From NCBI GenBank assembly GCA_964460115.1, contig CAYWPR010000001.1:120829-184828 (forward strand): a stretch of DNA of 64,000 nucleotides, written 5' to 3'. The notes beneath the pieces were generated by a model. It was not told the origin of the DNA and searched no databases. It saw nothing but the letters and a program-made list of their open reading frames with translations. This document shows positions 18,149 to 27,143 of the stretch, piece after piece. A program made the position numbers and the translations under genes. The first letter of the stretch is position 1. Each line of letters opens with the position of its first letter. This stretch comes from an uncultured Myxococcales bacterium. GTDB lineage: Bacteria > Myxococcota_A > Polyangia > Palsa-1104 > JAEUJZ01.

Positions 18149-19081
18149 CTAGATAATAGTTTTGGGATATGGCGCGGCGTCGGCGACGACAGCATCGTGG
18201 GCTTGAGCTTGGCCTTGGCCTTCAACAAGGCGCAATACATCCTCGAAAATGACCTCGGCGGGCTTAGGCTTATTGGGATTAGACGATTCTTGCGGACGCG
18301 CGTAAACGCGCAAAGCGCGCACCACGTCGCGGATGCGCAAGGCGCTATGCAGAATTCTTTCCAGCGTGACATTGAATGCTGCGAATTCACCGCGGAATTT
18401 GGGATTGGTGGCATTCGCATTGTCGATGTCGCCAAGAAGCATAGTCAGAGGATTTTGCAGTTTTTGTACTGACTCGGTCAGATTGTCGAGCGGTTGATTG
18501 ATGGCGGTGGTGACCCCGGCTGCGATGCGACCGACGGCGGCCAGCTTTTCGGTGCGCACCAGTTCGTCAAGCGTTGCCCGCAAGCGATCAAGAGCCACCG
18601 AAAGCTCGGCGTTGCGGCTTTGCAATTCGGCGCTGCGCCGTGCCACTTCCGATTCAAGCTGCAGGTTTAGTTCGGTGCTAGAGCGCAGCTTGGTGATTAG
18701 CGCCCGGCGTACCTCTTCGAACACCCGCTGCAGATTGTGAACTTCCAGCGTCGCAGGCACGCTAAGAGCTATCGGCCGCTGCAGCTCACCGCGCGACAAG
18801 GCCTGCGCACTGCGCTCGGTATCGCGCAGAGGCCTTACCACCCAAAAGCCGACCCCAGCCAAAAATCCGCCAAGCCCGATCAGGTACAAAAGTCCAAGCG
18901 ATACCAGCAGCGCTGGACGCGGCTCGGCCGGCAGCGCCGAAAAAAATCCCGCCCGGCCTAAAAGCAGCGCAGCAAATCCCAGGATCGCCATTCCGCCAAG
19001 TCCTAGGCCAAGCAGCAAACGGCCGCCGAGTGACCATTTCCAGATACAGATAGAGCGAAATAAAAAGTCTCGAAGGGCCAT
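18149..19081 (-). CDS. degenerate histidine-kinase-like protein: 2 TM helices, HAMP-like linker, DHp-like helix with His replaced by Thr, no ATPase domain
   Basis: TM segments GGRLLLGLGLGGMAILGFAALLLG and LLVSLGLLYLIGLGGFLAGVGFWVV. Coiled coil present. LAAVGRIAAGVTTAINQPLDNL aligns to the HisKA H-box G-V-A-H-E-I-N-N-P-L with H->T. The protein ends without a CA domain. The ATG at 19081 was chosen; the ORF track extends to 19453. Confidence 0.6.
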   Translation of the reverse strand: MALRDFLFRSICIWKWSLGGRLLLGLGLGGMAILGFAALLLGRAGFFSALPAEPRPALLVSLGLLYLIGLGGFLAGVGFWVVRPLRDTERSAQALSRGELQRPIALSVPATLEVHNLQRVFEEVRRALITKLRSSTELNLQLESEVARRSAELQSRNAELSVALDRLRATLDELVRTEKLAAVGRIAAGVTTAINQPLDNLTESVQKLQNPLTMLLGDIDNANATNPKFRGEFAAFNVTLERILHSALRIRDVVRALRVYARPQESSNPNKPKPAEVIFEDVLRLVEGQGQAQAHDAVVADAAPYPKTII

Positions 19082-19120
19082 CGGTAGCGCTCGCAGAGCT
19101 TTCAGTTTATAAATCTTCTC

Positions 19121-19858
19121 ATGAAGAGTGCTGAAATCTCCTTCGTTTCTGTGCTTGGCATTTGTGTCAGTTTGATAGTGCTTGCCGATGCCAAGCCAGC
19201 CGCTGCGCAAAACTGCTACCCGACGCATAGTGCCGGCTTTGCGCGCATCCGCTCGTTTGAGCCTAAGGCCCTGACCCAAGCGGCCGCGGACATGGAAGTG
19301 CGGGCCCTGTTTGGGCCGCGCATCGAGCTGTGCGAAGAAGGCGCCTACAAAGCGTTTATGGACAGCTTCAAAGAGTTTTCCGCCCAGGCCATGCGCGCCT
19401 CGAAAAACTCGCGAGAGAAACTGCTGCGTTTGGCCATCGCCGTCGTACGGCAAGCGCCCACGATGGTGCCGATCAAAGAGCTAAAGACCATGTCCAGCCA
19501 CTTTCGCCAAGTGCGCTCCGACCTAAATGCCACCGCCGATGACGTTGGCTTTGCGACGACTCCGCTATTGCAGCAGCTACTGGATGCGCTTTTGAATCTG
19601 GGACCGCCGAAGTCGGCCACCGGCACCATGGTGACCGTGGAAACGCAACCGCCAACGACCACGACCCCCTCCCCCTCGAACGGTACGCCCACTGGAAGCG
19701 TCCAGCCGATTCGCGTGCCCGCCGATCCCCTGCCGCCCTGGGCCGTCATCAAACTTTACGAGATGCGCGATCACGTCAAAGCGCAGGACTTGGCGGCGAT
19801 TCAGATCAAGCTTCAGGACATCATTAATTGGATCGAGAACAAAACTCGCGATCAGTAG
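19121..19858 (+). CDS. hypothetical secreted protein (signal peptide, Thr/Pro linker, helical C-terminal domain)
   Basis: Signal peptide MKSAEISFVSVLGICVSLIVLADAKPAAAQ. No known domain. Divergent from the pseudo-HK. Confidence 0.5.
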   Translation: MKSAEISFVSVLGICVSLIVLADAKPAAAQNCYPTHSAGFARIRSFEPKALTQAAADMEVRALFGPRIELCEEGAYKAFMDSFKEFSAQAMRASKNSREKLLRLAIAVVRQAPTMVPIKELKTMSSHFRQVRSDLNATADDVGFATTPLLQQLLDALLNLGPPKSATGTMVTVETQPPTTTTPSPSNGTPTGSVQPIRVPADPLPPWAVIKLYEMRDHVKAQDLAAIQIKLQDIINWIENKTRDQ

Positions 19859-19915
19859 CCCGGCGCAGCCAAGCCCTGCCACGCAAAGATTTCAGCCACC
19901 AAGCGAGGTCTTAAG

Positions 19916-21355
19916 ATGAGTGCGCAAACTTTCGAAAGCATCGTCGCACCCTTAGATGCCATTGTGCTGGCGGCGGGTCTGGGCACGCGCATGCATTCGC
20001 AGCGGGTCAAAGTTTTGCACCCCTTGTGCGGCCGACCGATGCTGGAGCATACGCTGCGGCTTTTGGCCCCGCTTGGTGTGCGGCGCACAATTTTGGTCCT
20101 TGGCCATCAGGCCGACGCGGTGGCTGAGACGCTGCGCCAGCGCCAAGTACAGCCGCCGGATCTGCAAATCGCCATTCAAGCGGCCCAGCGCGGAACTGCT
20201 GATGCGGTGCGCTCGGCCCTGCCCTTTTTGCCCGAGGACAGCGCCGGGGTGGTGATTTTGTATGGCGACACGCCGCTTTTGACCGGCCCGCGCTTGCACG
20301 CACTATGCAGTTTGCTGACGGCGAAAAAAGACCGAAAGCTGGCCCTTTTGACCACGCGTTTGGCCAATCCCGCAGGATACGGCAGGCTGATTCGCGATGG
20401 TGGCGGTGCCCCGCTGCGCATCGTCGAAGATCGCGATTGCTCACCCGTAGAGCGCTTGCAGGATGAAGTCAACGCCGGCATGTATGCCGTAAACAGCGCT
20501 TTTTTGCGCCGTGCCCTTTTGCAAGTACGCGCCGAGAACGCTCAGCGGGAATTTTATCTGACCGACCTTTTGTCGCTGGCCGTGGCCGAGGGCGCTGATG
20601 TCGCCGCCCTTTCCGCGCCTGCCGAAGAAGTCATGGGCGTCAACGACCGCGTCGATCTTTCGCATGCCGAGACGATTATGCGACGGCGAATTTGCGAAGC
20701 CCATATGCGCCGGGGCGTCAGCTTGCACAACCCCGACAGCATCTGTATCGACGACGAAGTAGAAATCGGCGCGGACAGCGAAATTGGTCCAAACGTAATT
20801 CTGCGCGGCCGTACCCGCATCGGGGCCCGCTGCCATATAGATGTGGGCTGCGTGCTAAGCGATGTCAGCGTGGCCGATGACAGCCATCTAAAGCCCTACT
20901 GTGTGGCCGCGGACAGCGTCCTTGGCAAAGCGGTGCAGGTCGGGCCGTTTTCGCATCTGCGACCGGGCAGCAAGCTGGAGCACGACGCCCACGTCGGTAA
21001 CTTCGTCGAATTGAAAAAAACCTATCTAGGCGCCGGCAGCAAAGCCAACCACTTGGCCTACCTTGGCGATGCGGAAATCGGCGCCAACGTCAACGTCGGC
21101 TGCGGCACGATCACTTGCAATTACGACGGTTTTGCCAAGCACCGCACGGTCATCGAGGACGGAGTTTTTATCGGCTCGGACGTTCAATTGGTAGCACCGG
21201 TGCATGTGGGCAAAGGCGCAATCATCGCCGCCGGCACCACCGTCACCAAAGATGTACCGGCCGGGGCCTTGACGCTAAGCCGCGTACCGCAAATCGACAA
21301 ACCCGGCTACGCCGAGCCGCTGCGCAATCGCTTGCGCCAAAAAAAGGAACCCTAA
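19916..21355 (+). CDS. glmU: bifunctional UDP-N-acetylglucosamine pyrophosphorylase / glucosamine-1-phosphate N-acetyltransferase
   Basis: N-terminal AIVLAAGLGTRM nucleotidyltransferase motif. C-terminal left-handed beta-helix hexapeptide repeats. About 479 aa. Confidence 0.9.
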   Translation: MSAQTFESIVAPLDAIVLAAGLGTRMHSQRVKVLHPLCGRPMLEHTLRLLAPLGVRRTILVLGHQADAVAETLRQRQVQPPDLQIAIQAAQRGTADAVRSALPFLPEDSAGVVILYGDTPLLTGPRLHALCSLLTAKKDRKLALLTTRLANPAGYGRLIRDGGGAPLRIVEDRDCSPVERLQDEVNAGMYAVNSAFLRRALLQVRAENAQREFYLTDLLSLAVAEGADVAALSAPAEEVMGVNDRVDLSHAETIMRRRICEAHMRRGVSLHNPDSICIDDEVEIGADSEIGPNVILRGRTRIGARCHIDVGCVLSDVSVADDSHLKPYCVAADSVLGKAVQVGPFSHLRPGSKLEHDAHVGNFVELKKTYLGAGSKANHLAYLGDAEIGANVNVGCGTITCNYDGFAKHRTVIEDGVFIGSDVQLVAPVHVGKGAIIAAGTTVTKDVPAGALTLSRVPQIDKPGYAEPLRNRLRQKKEP

Positions 21356-21357
21356 GC

Positions 21358-22077
21358 ATGGGCTGCAAGACCTGCCGCTCTGAATGCGGCCGAGAAGACG
21401 GCTGCGGCAGCCGCAAGGCCGTACAAAAAGAGCTACTCGACGGACTTTTGGCCCGCTTATATCCCAGCCACTGCTGGGGCCAGCCCGAGGCACTGGCCAG
21501 TCTGCAAGACGGGCTCGATCTGCAAGAAGTGGTGCAATTGGCCAGCTGGCTGGCCACGGCGCTGCGCGTTCCCGCCTACGTCGTACCGGGCGGCGAAGAC
21601 GATCATTGCAATTTTATTTACGCGCTGTGCTTTGGCCGCGAACCCGCGCTCGTCGAGTTGCGCGAGGCGCCGCCGCCCGCTTGGGCCTGGGATCAGCAAG
21701 GCCCTTCGGTGCGCGATCGCTATCTGCGCATTGCTTGTTCGACCTTGGGGCGGCTTGCTTGCGTGCAGGAAGTGGCCATGGAGCTTTTTACCCAGAGCAG
21801 CGATTGTCCGACGAATATGGTCGCGGTTCGCGAATCTTCGCTGCCCGGCGTTTTCGATCCGGTTCTGCTCAAACGCTTTCAGCGCACCGTCGATCTTTTG
21901 GCGGCGCACGGCGTCGAGCACCTTGACATGGGATTGCTCGACGTCGATGCCGAAGCCTTCGGGCTTTTGCCCGGTGACTACCTAAGCCGCTTCGGCGCCG
22001 CCCCGGCTTTGCTCAATTACCTTTTTTACGCCACCCCCGTAAAAACCACCGCCGTAACCTTCCTACCGATCGCCTAG
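21358..22077 (+). CDS. hypothetical protein with Cys-rich N-terminus (MGCKTCRSECGREDGCG); starts 3 nt after the glmU stop
   Basis: The long ORF 21115..22077 overlaps glmU in another frame. The first ATG after the glmU stop is 21358. No known domain. Confidence 0.5.
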   Translation: MGCKTCRSECGREDGCGSRKAVQKELLDGLLARLYPSHCWGQPEALASLQDGLDLQEVVQLASWLATALRVPAYVVPGGEDDHCNFIYALCFGREPALVELREAPPPAWAWDQQGPSVRDRYLRIACSTLGRLACVQEVAMELFTQSSDCPTNMVAVRESSLPGVFDPVLLKRFQRTVDLLAAHGVEHLDMGLLDVDAEAFGLLPGDYLSRFGAAPALLNYLFYATPVKTTAVTFLPIA

Positions 22078-22181
22078 GTGATTTGCTGCGTGCAGAGCGC
22101 CTTTTAAGAGGCGGGCCACCTGTGCTAAAGATCTTCGGCTTTTAAAAACCCTGGCCATTCACATTCCCGAGGAGAAGCAAT

Positions 22182-23069
22182 ATGCACAGGCGAGCCATTT
22201 GTACCTCTTTTGTCGCGTCCTTGACACTTTTTGCCCTTGTGGCAAAACCGGCAGCAGCCTTTCCGATCGCCACCGCCCGCGACGCCGCAGCGCCCAAATT
22301 GGCGCCGGCCGAAGAAGAGCTTGCAGCGGCCGGAACGGATTTTGCCGGAATCGTTGCGCTTAACAATTGCTCGGGGGCGCTCGTGCGCTTTGCCACGTCG
22401 AAAGCCAGCGACAAGGCGATGGTTCTGACCAATGGCCATTGTTATGAAGGCGGATTTTTGGACGCCGGTGAAGTGATTACCAATGTGACCTCGCGCCGCA
22501 CTTTTTCGCTGCTCAATCCCAGCGGCTCGCGTTCGCTTGGCACCTTGCGCGCCAGCAAGGTGATGTATGCCACCATGACCGATACGGACGTGACGCTGTA
22601 TCAGCTCAGCACGTGCTATTCCGCCATCAAAAGCCAATACGGCATCGATGCCTTAACGATCTCCAGCAGCCATCCGAGCGCCGGCGATCCGATTCGCGTG
22701 GTGTCGGGATACTGGCGACGAGTTTATTCGTGCAGCATTGACGACTTCGTGTACGAGCTTAAAGAAGCCGACTGGACCTTCTCGGATTCGATTCGCTACA
22801 CCAGCCCCGGCTGTCAGGTCATTCCGGGAACCTCGGGATCGCCCGTGCTGCATGCCAGCAGCAAGCAAATCATCGGCATCAACAACACCGGCAACGAAAG
22901 CGGCGAGCGCTGCACCCTGGACAATCCTTGCGAAGTCGACAAAGACGGCAACATCACCGTCCGCATGGGCGCCAGCTACGGCGAGCAAGTGTATCAATTT
23001 TACACCTGCCTCACCGCCGACAACCGCCTGGATCTGACGCAGCCGGGCTGCATGTTGCCTAAGCCCTAA
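22182..23069 (+). CDS. secreted trypsin-like (S1 family, V8/glutamyl-endopeptidase-like) serine protease
   Basis: Signal peptide present. Catalytic triad context LTNGHC (His), Asp, and GTSGSPV (Ser). RBS GAGGAG upstream. Confidence 0.75.
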   Translation: MHRRAICTSFVASLTLFALVAKPAAAFPIATARDAAAPKLAPAEEELAAAGTDFAGIVALNNCSGALVRFATSKASDKAMVLTNGHCYEGGFLDAGEVITNVTSRRTFSLLNPSGSRSLGTLRASKVMYATMTDTDVTLYQLSTCYSAIKSQYGIDALTISSSHPSAGDPIRVVSGYWRRVYSCSIDDFVYELKEADWTFSDSIRYTSPGCQVIPGTSGSPVLHASSKQIIGINNTGNESGERCTLDNPCEVDKDGNITVRMGASYGEQVYQFYTCLTADNRLDLTQPGCMLPKP

Positions 23070-23111
23070 ACTCTAAGCACGAGTTGTTTTCACGCAAACA
23101 AGGAGACGCAA

Positions 23112-23570
23112 ATGGCTATCGAACTGACTTTGGGCATGATTAAGCCCGACGCTGTAGAAAAGGGTCACCAGTGGCACATTCTTGCCGACATCGCCTCAAG
23201 CGGCTTAAAGCCGGTGGCGGTGCGCCTCACCCGCATGAGCAAGGAAATGGCCAAGGTTTTTTACATCGTTCACAAAGAACGACCCTTTTACGATGGACTG
23301 ACGAACTTTATGTCTTCGGGTCCGATTGTCGCCATGGTCCTTGAAGGGGAAGACGCCATTCACAAGTATCGCGAGATTATGGGAGCGACCGATGTGAAAA
23401 AGGCGGCGCCCGGCACGCTGCGCGCCAAGTTTGGCGAGAGCATTGAACGCAATGCGGTACACGGCAGCGATGCGCCGGAAACCGCCCGTCGAGAAATCAG
23501 CTTCTTCTTTACGATTCAGGAGCTGACCCCGCTAGGCGTCATCATCGGCGAGGCAGAGAAGAAGGCGTAG
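23112..23570 (+). CDS. ndk: nucleoside diphosphate kinase
   Basis: TLGMIKPDAV...NAVHGSD contains the active-site His. About 152 aa. Confidence 0.95.
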   Translation: MAIELTLGMIKPDAVEKGHQWHILADIASSGLKPVAVRLTRMSKEMAKVFYIVHKERPFYDGLTNFMSSGPIVAMVLEGEDAIHKYREIMGATDVKKAAPGTLRAKFGESIERNAVHGSDAPETARREISFFFTIQELTPLGVIIGEAEKKA

Positions 23571-25104
23571 CCTCTGATTCTGCCGGCGCATGGGCCGGCA
23601 AAATCAGCTCGAAGGTCGTGCCGACTGGGCTCGTGTGTACATCCACGCTGCCGCCATGGTCGTGCACGATCTCGCGCACGAAGGAAAGTCCAAGGCCCGT
23701 GCCCTGCGCCCGCGTGGTGAAAAAGGGAATCCAGATCTTCGGCAAGGCCTCGGCGCCAATTCCCGGACCGCTGTCGCGCACAACAAACCGCACCGCGGCC
23801 CTTTCAGAAGAAAGCCGCGCCGCCTCGGCGACGAGCTCGACGCGACGGGGACGCAAATCATCGGCAGGCAACGCGACCAAGGCCTGCACTGCATTATGCG
23901 CCAGATTTAGCAGCACCCGACGCAGTTGGGTGGCATCGGCGTGCACGAATAGTGCGGTATCCGGACGCGGACATTCTACGATTACCTCCGCCGGCGCCTT
24001 GGCACTGGCGCTGTCGCGTACCTCGCAAAGCACGTCAAATGCCGACACCGCCGTCAATATCGGCCGCGGCCGGCGCGCGTAGTCCAAAAAATCATTGACC
24101 ACCGCCTGAAGGTGCCAAAGCTCTTTACGAATGCGCTGTACGTACGATTGCGCCGTGGCAATGTTGACAGGGCTTGGTTCTAGCGCTCCGTCGGCTGGCG
24201 CGCCGGGCGACTGTAGCTCTTCGGCTAGCAGTCCGGCATAAAGCTCCATGCCGCCAAGCGGATTTCGCACTTCGTGAGCAATGCCGGAAAGCATCATCTG
24301 CATGCGTTCATCGCGAGCCCGCAGCGCCTGACGCATCGTCTCAAGCCCTTCGCCAAGTTCGGCAACCTCATCGCCACCTTTGCGCACGAGCACGGGATGG
24401 TCGAAAACGCCACTGCCGATAAGCCGAGCGCTTTCCAGCAAGCGCCGCAGCGGCCGAGTCAGCCCCAGCCCCAAAAGCACCGCCAAAAGCACCATGCCAA
24501 GCCCCCCCCCACCGCCGACCCACAACAATGTTTTGCGCAGCAAAAGCAGGTCGGCATAAATCGCCGCGTTGCCATCCACTCCGACCGCAAATCGCACGCC
24601 TTCTTGACCGCCAGCAGCAGCAATCGGCGCATAGCCGGATTTGTACAATTTTCCGTCGCGTCCGCGAAACAGTAGCGAAGAAACCGGCTGCCCGGCCTGG
24701 CCGGTCTGCAAAGCCGGAAATACCTGACGCAGCTCTGTGCGATTGCTGTCTAAGCCATAGTAGCGGGTGCCAATCGGCTGCTCATCGGTGTCTACTCGCG
24801 CCGTCAAGTCCGCAGCAAACAAGTAAACCCGCGCCACCCCGCTGGCATCGCGTATCTCGATGAGCCGACGGCGCAGATTGCGGTAGGTGCGACTTTGTTC
24901 ATCACCCGGCGAAAGCAGCGCCACGCTTTCTTCGGCAATTTGGGTCGCGGCAACCGCGGCGATGCCGGACAGCCGACGCCCAAGCTCGGCCTCTAGCGCA
25001 CGCGCCGCCGCATAATGGCCCAGCACGGCAAAGCCGGCAAAGGTAAGCACCGTCGGTGTCAAAATGCCCAAAAGCAATTTGCTAAGCAGCGAAATCCGCG
25101 CCAT
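23542..25104 (-). CDS. sensor histidine kinase (2 TM helices, periplasmic sensor domain, HAMP, HisKA, HATPase_c)
   Basis: H-box GIAHEVRNPLGG. N-box LLNLAHNAVQA. G-boxes DSGPGI and GTGLGLS. Confidence 0.9.
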   Translation of the reverse strand: MARISLLSKLLLGILTPTVLTFAGFAVLGHYAAARALEAELGRRLSGIAAVAATQIAEESVALLSPGDEQSRTYRNLRRRLIEIRDASGVARVYLFAADLTARVDTDEQPIGTRYYGLDSNRTELRQVFPALQTGQAGQPVSSLLFRGRDGKLYKSGYAPIAAAGGQEGVRFAVGVDGNAAIYADLLLLRKTLLWVGGGGGLGMVLLAVLLGLGLTRPLRRLLESARLIGSGVFDHPVLVRKGGDEVAELGEGLETMRQALRARDERMQMMLSGIAHEVRNPLGGMELYAGLLAEELQSPGAPADGALEPSPVNIATAQSYVQRIRKELWHLQAVVNDFLDYARRPRPILTAVSAFDVLCEVRDSASAKAPAEVIVECPRPDTALFVHADATQLRRVLLNLAHNAVQALVALPADDLRPRRVELVAEAARLSSERAAVRFVVRDSGPGIGAEALPKIWIPFFTTRAQGTGLGLSFVREIVHDHGGSVDVHTSPVGTTFELILPAHAPAESEATPSSLPRR

Positions 25105-25206
25105 GGCGCCAGTATGGAGGATTCAAAAAAATACATCAGCACGCTGGCCTAACCCGTCGCTGACCATCGTGCAATTGGGCGGCTTTTCGTGATATCTTGA
25201 AACATT

Positions 25207-27018
25207 GTGCCAACCCGCAAACCGCCTGCTTCCGCCGCTTCTAAGACAAGTGCTTCCAAACCCGTTTCAGTCCGCCAAAGCGCCGCGAAAAAAGCCGCGG
25301 CGGCGCCGGCGCTTTTATCGACACGTATCGTCGACCTTTTCGGCCTTGGCCACCAAGAGCAGCGGCTGCTTTCCCATTTGCTGGCCGCGTCTACGGCGCT
25401 TAGCCTTCGGGAGCTGGCCGAGCAGTGCGATGTGCCGCTTGGCGAAGTCATGGCGCTTTGCACGCCGACCGGAAAGCTGCGCGTCCGCGGCCTGGTTGAA
25501 ACCGAGGACGCAGCCGAGCTCGGCTGGCCTCTGCCCTCCGATCTAGTTCTGCCGGGTCGCGGTTTGCATTTGCACAGTGATGCATTCGGCCAAAAGCTGG
25601 CCGACGATTTCACTTTGTTTTGCAGCCAAGCGCCCGGCATTCGCTATATGCCAAGTCCGTCGACCGCGACCGCCTGGGCCAAAGACCTTGTAGAAGAACC
25701 GCCGCCTCCAGCCATTGCCGAGGTCGTCCGTCAGCATCTAAGTGCACCGCACGCCGTCGTGTTGTGGCTGGATGGAGTTTTGCTCGAGCAGATTGCGCCT
25801 TTGGCGCAAGCGGTAGGCAGCCGGCTGCAGCGGCCCGTGGTTTGTATCGATGGGGCGGCACTTTGTGGCTTTCCGCATTTGCAGCTTTTGCGCGCGCTGC
25901 GCCGTTTGCGCCGTGACGCCGATCTGCGGGGCGCAGCGGTAGTGGTCAGCGAAGTGGATCGCCTGGCCGACGCTTGGCCGGCGCTGTGCCAACCGCGGCC
26001 GAGCGGCCAGACGGCTCCGCTGCTTTTGTGCAGCCAAAAACTGCGCGGCCCGCTAGGTCGGCCACCGATCGGCCAAAGCGATGAAAAAGCGCTGATTTCG
26101 ATCTTTGCATCGCTGTTGCCCGGAACTGCTCAAGGCGCAGCAGCTACTTCGGCTGCCGGCGGCGTGCCCGCCGAAGATCCGGCCACGCTAGCCAGCCGCG
26201 AAGAAGCGCGACGTCGAGCGGCCCTTGATGCCGCTCGAGCCATGGGGCGGCCGATTCCGCCCGAGCTGTTAGAAAATTCTTCCAATTCGGCAGCTAGTTT
26301 CGCGCCGGCTCGTAAAGCGGAGCAAAGCGCGCCGGCCCCAAGTTCCTTGGCGGCACGCGCACCGGCCACCGGACCCGCCAGTCCGCCGGCTTCGCAGTCT
26401 GTCCCCGCCGCGCCTGCCCCGACGGCTGAAACCGAGGCCACGACGGCGCCCGCATCAGCGCCGAGCGGCCGCGTGCACAATCCGCGCCTTGCCGCGGCGC
26501 TGGCCAAGGCCGGGGTGTCCGTGCCCGGCAGTTCCGAGGATTCGCCTCCTGAATACGCCCGGCGACTGGCCGAAGAGCCTGTCGCGCCCTTGCCCGCCAA
26601 AATTCCTGAACTTCCGCCGCCAAGCCCCCCGACCATTGCGACAAGCGCGGCGGCTTTGGTCGCTGTGGCACAGCCGGCCTCGGCCGGCGCCTCCGCCGAG
26701 GAAAATGCGGAAGATCCCCCGCCGCTGCCAATTGATGAAAGTGCGCCCCTTGATGAGGCACTGCGCGTGGCGCGCACGACGCCGAATAACGCCCAGCGCA
26801 TTTCCCTCATGCAGCGCTTGGCCACGACGAAATCTCCAGGGGTGATTCAGCTATTTCGTATGAGCCTAAGCAGCTCGCATGCCGGCGTACGCGCCGCGGC
26901 CGAGGTTGGCATGGCCACGCTGTTTGGCCCCGGCTGGAATCGCACAAAAGCGATCGTGGCACCGATTCAACCGCCACGCAGCGACGACGGCGGCCGCGGT
27001 CCGGGCGGTGCTTTTTAG
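25207..27018 (+). CDS. hypothetical Ala/Pro-rich protein with N-terminal winged-helix-like segment and C-terminal HEAT-like repeat; GTG start
   Basis: LFGLGHQEQRLLSHLLAASTALSLRELAEQCDVPLGEVMALC resembles a wHTH. The C-terminal RISLMQRLATTKSPGVIQLFRMSLSSSHAGVRAAAEVG resembles PBS-lyase HEAT repeats. The long central region is low-complexity. Confidence 0.45.
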   Translation: MPTRKPPASAASKTSASKPVSVRQSAAKKAAAAPALLSTRIVDLFGLGHQEQRLLSHLLAASTALSLRELAEQCDVPLGEVMALCTPTGKLRVRGLVETEDAAELGWPLPSDLVLPGRGLHLHSDAFGQKLADDFTLFCSQAPGIRYMPSPSTATAWAKDLVEEPPPPAIAEVVRQHLSAPHAVVLWLDGVLLEQIAPLAQAVGSRLQRPVVCIDGAALCGFPHLQLLRALRRLRRDADLRGAAVVVSEVDRLADAWPALCQPRPSGQTAPLLLCSQKLRGPLGRPPIGQSDEKALISIFASLLPGTAQGAAATSAAGGVPAEDPATLASREEARRRAALDAARAMGRPIPPELLENSSNSAASFAPARKAEQSAPAPSSLAARAPATGPASPPASQSVPAAPAPTAETEATTAPASAPSGRVHNPRLAAALAKAGVSVPGSSEDSPPEYARRLAEEPVAPLPAKIPELPPPSPPTIATSAAALVAVAQPASAGASAEENAEDPPPLPIDESAPLDEALRVARTTPNNAQRISLMQRLATTKSPGVIQLFRMSLSSSHAGVRAAAEVGMATLFGPGWNRTKAIVAPIQPPRSDDGGRGPGGAF

Positions 27019-27143
27019 AGCTAGTGAACCAAACCTACTGCGCGTCCCGATCACGATGTCGTCCGTCCTCGCGTACCGCAGTACGCTCCGGGCGGGCGCC
27101 CTCGCGCTCGGGCCTGCTCGCTACGGTTTTGTTCGCTAGCTCT

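Noticed and set aside
21115-21357. Upstream extension of ORF 21115..22077
   Set aside because: It overlaps the 3' end of glmU in a different frame. The first ATG after the glmU stop (21358) gives a sensible start.
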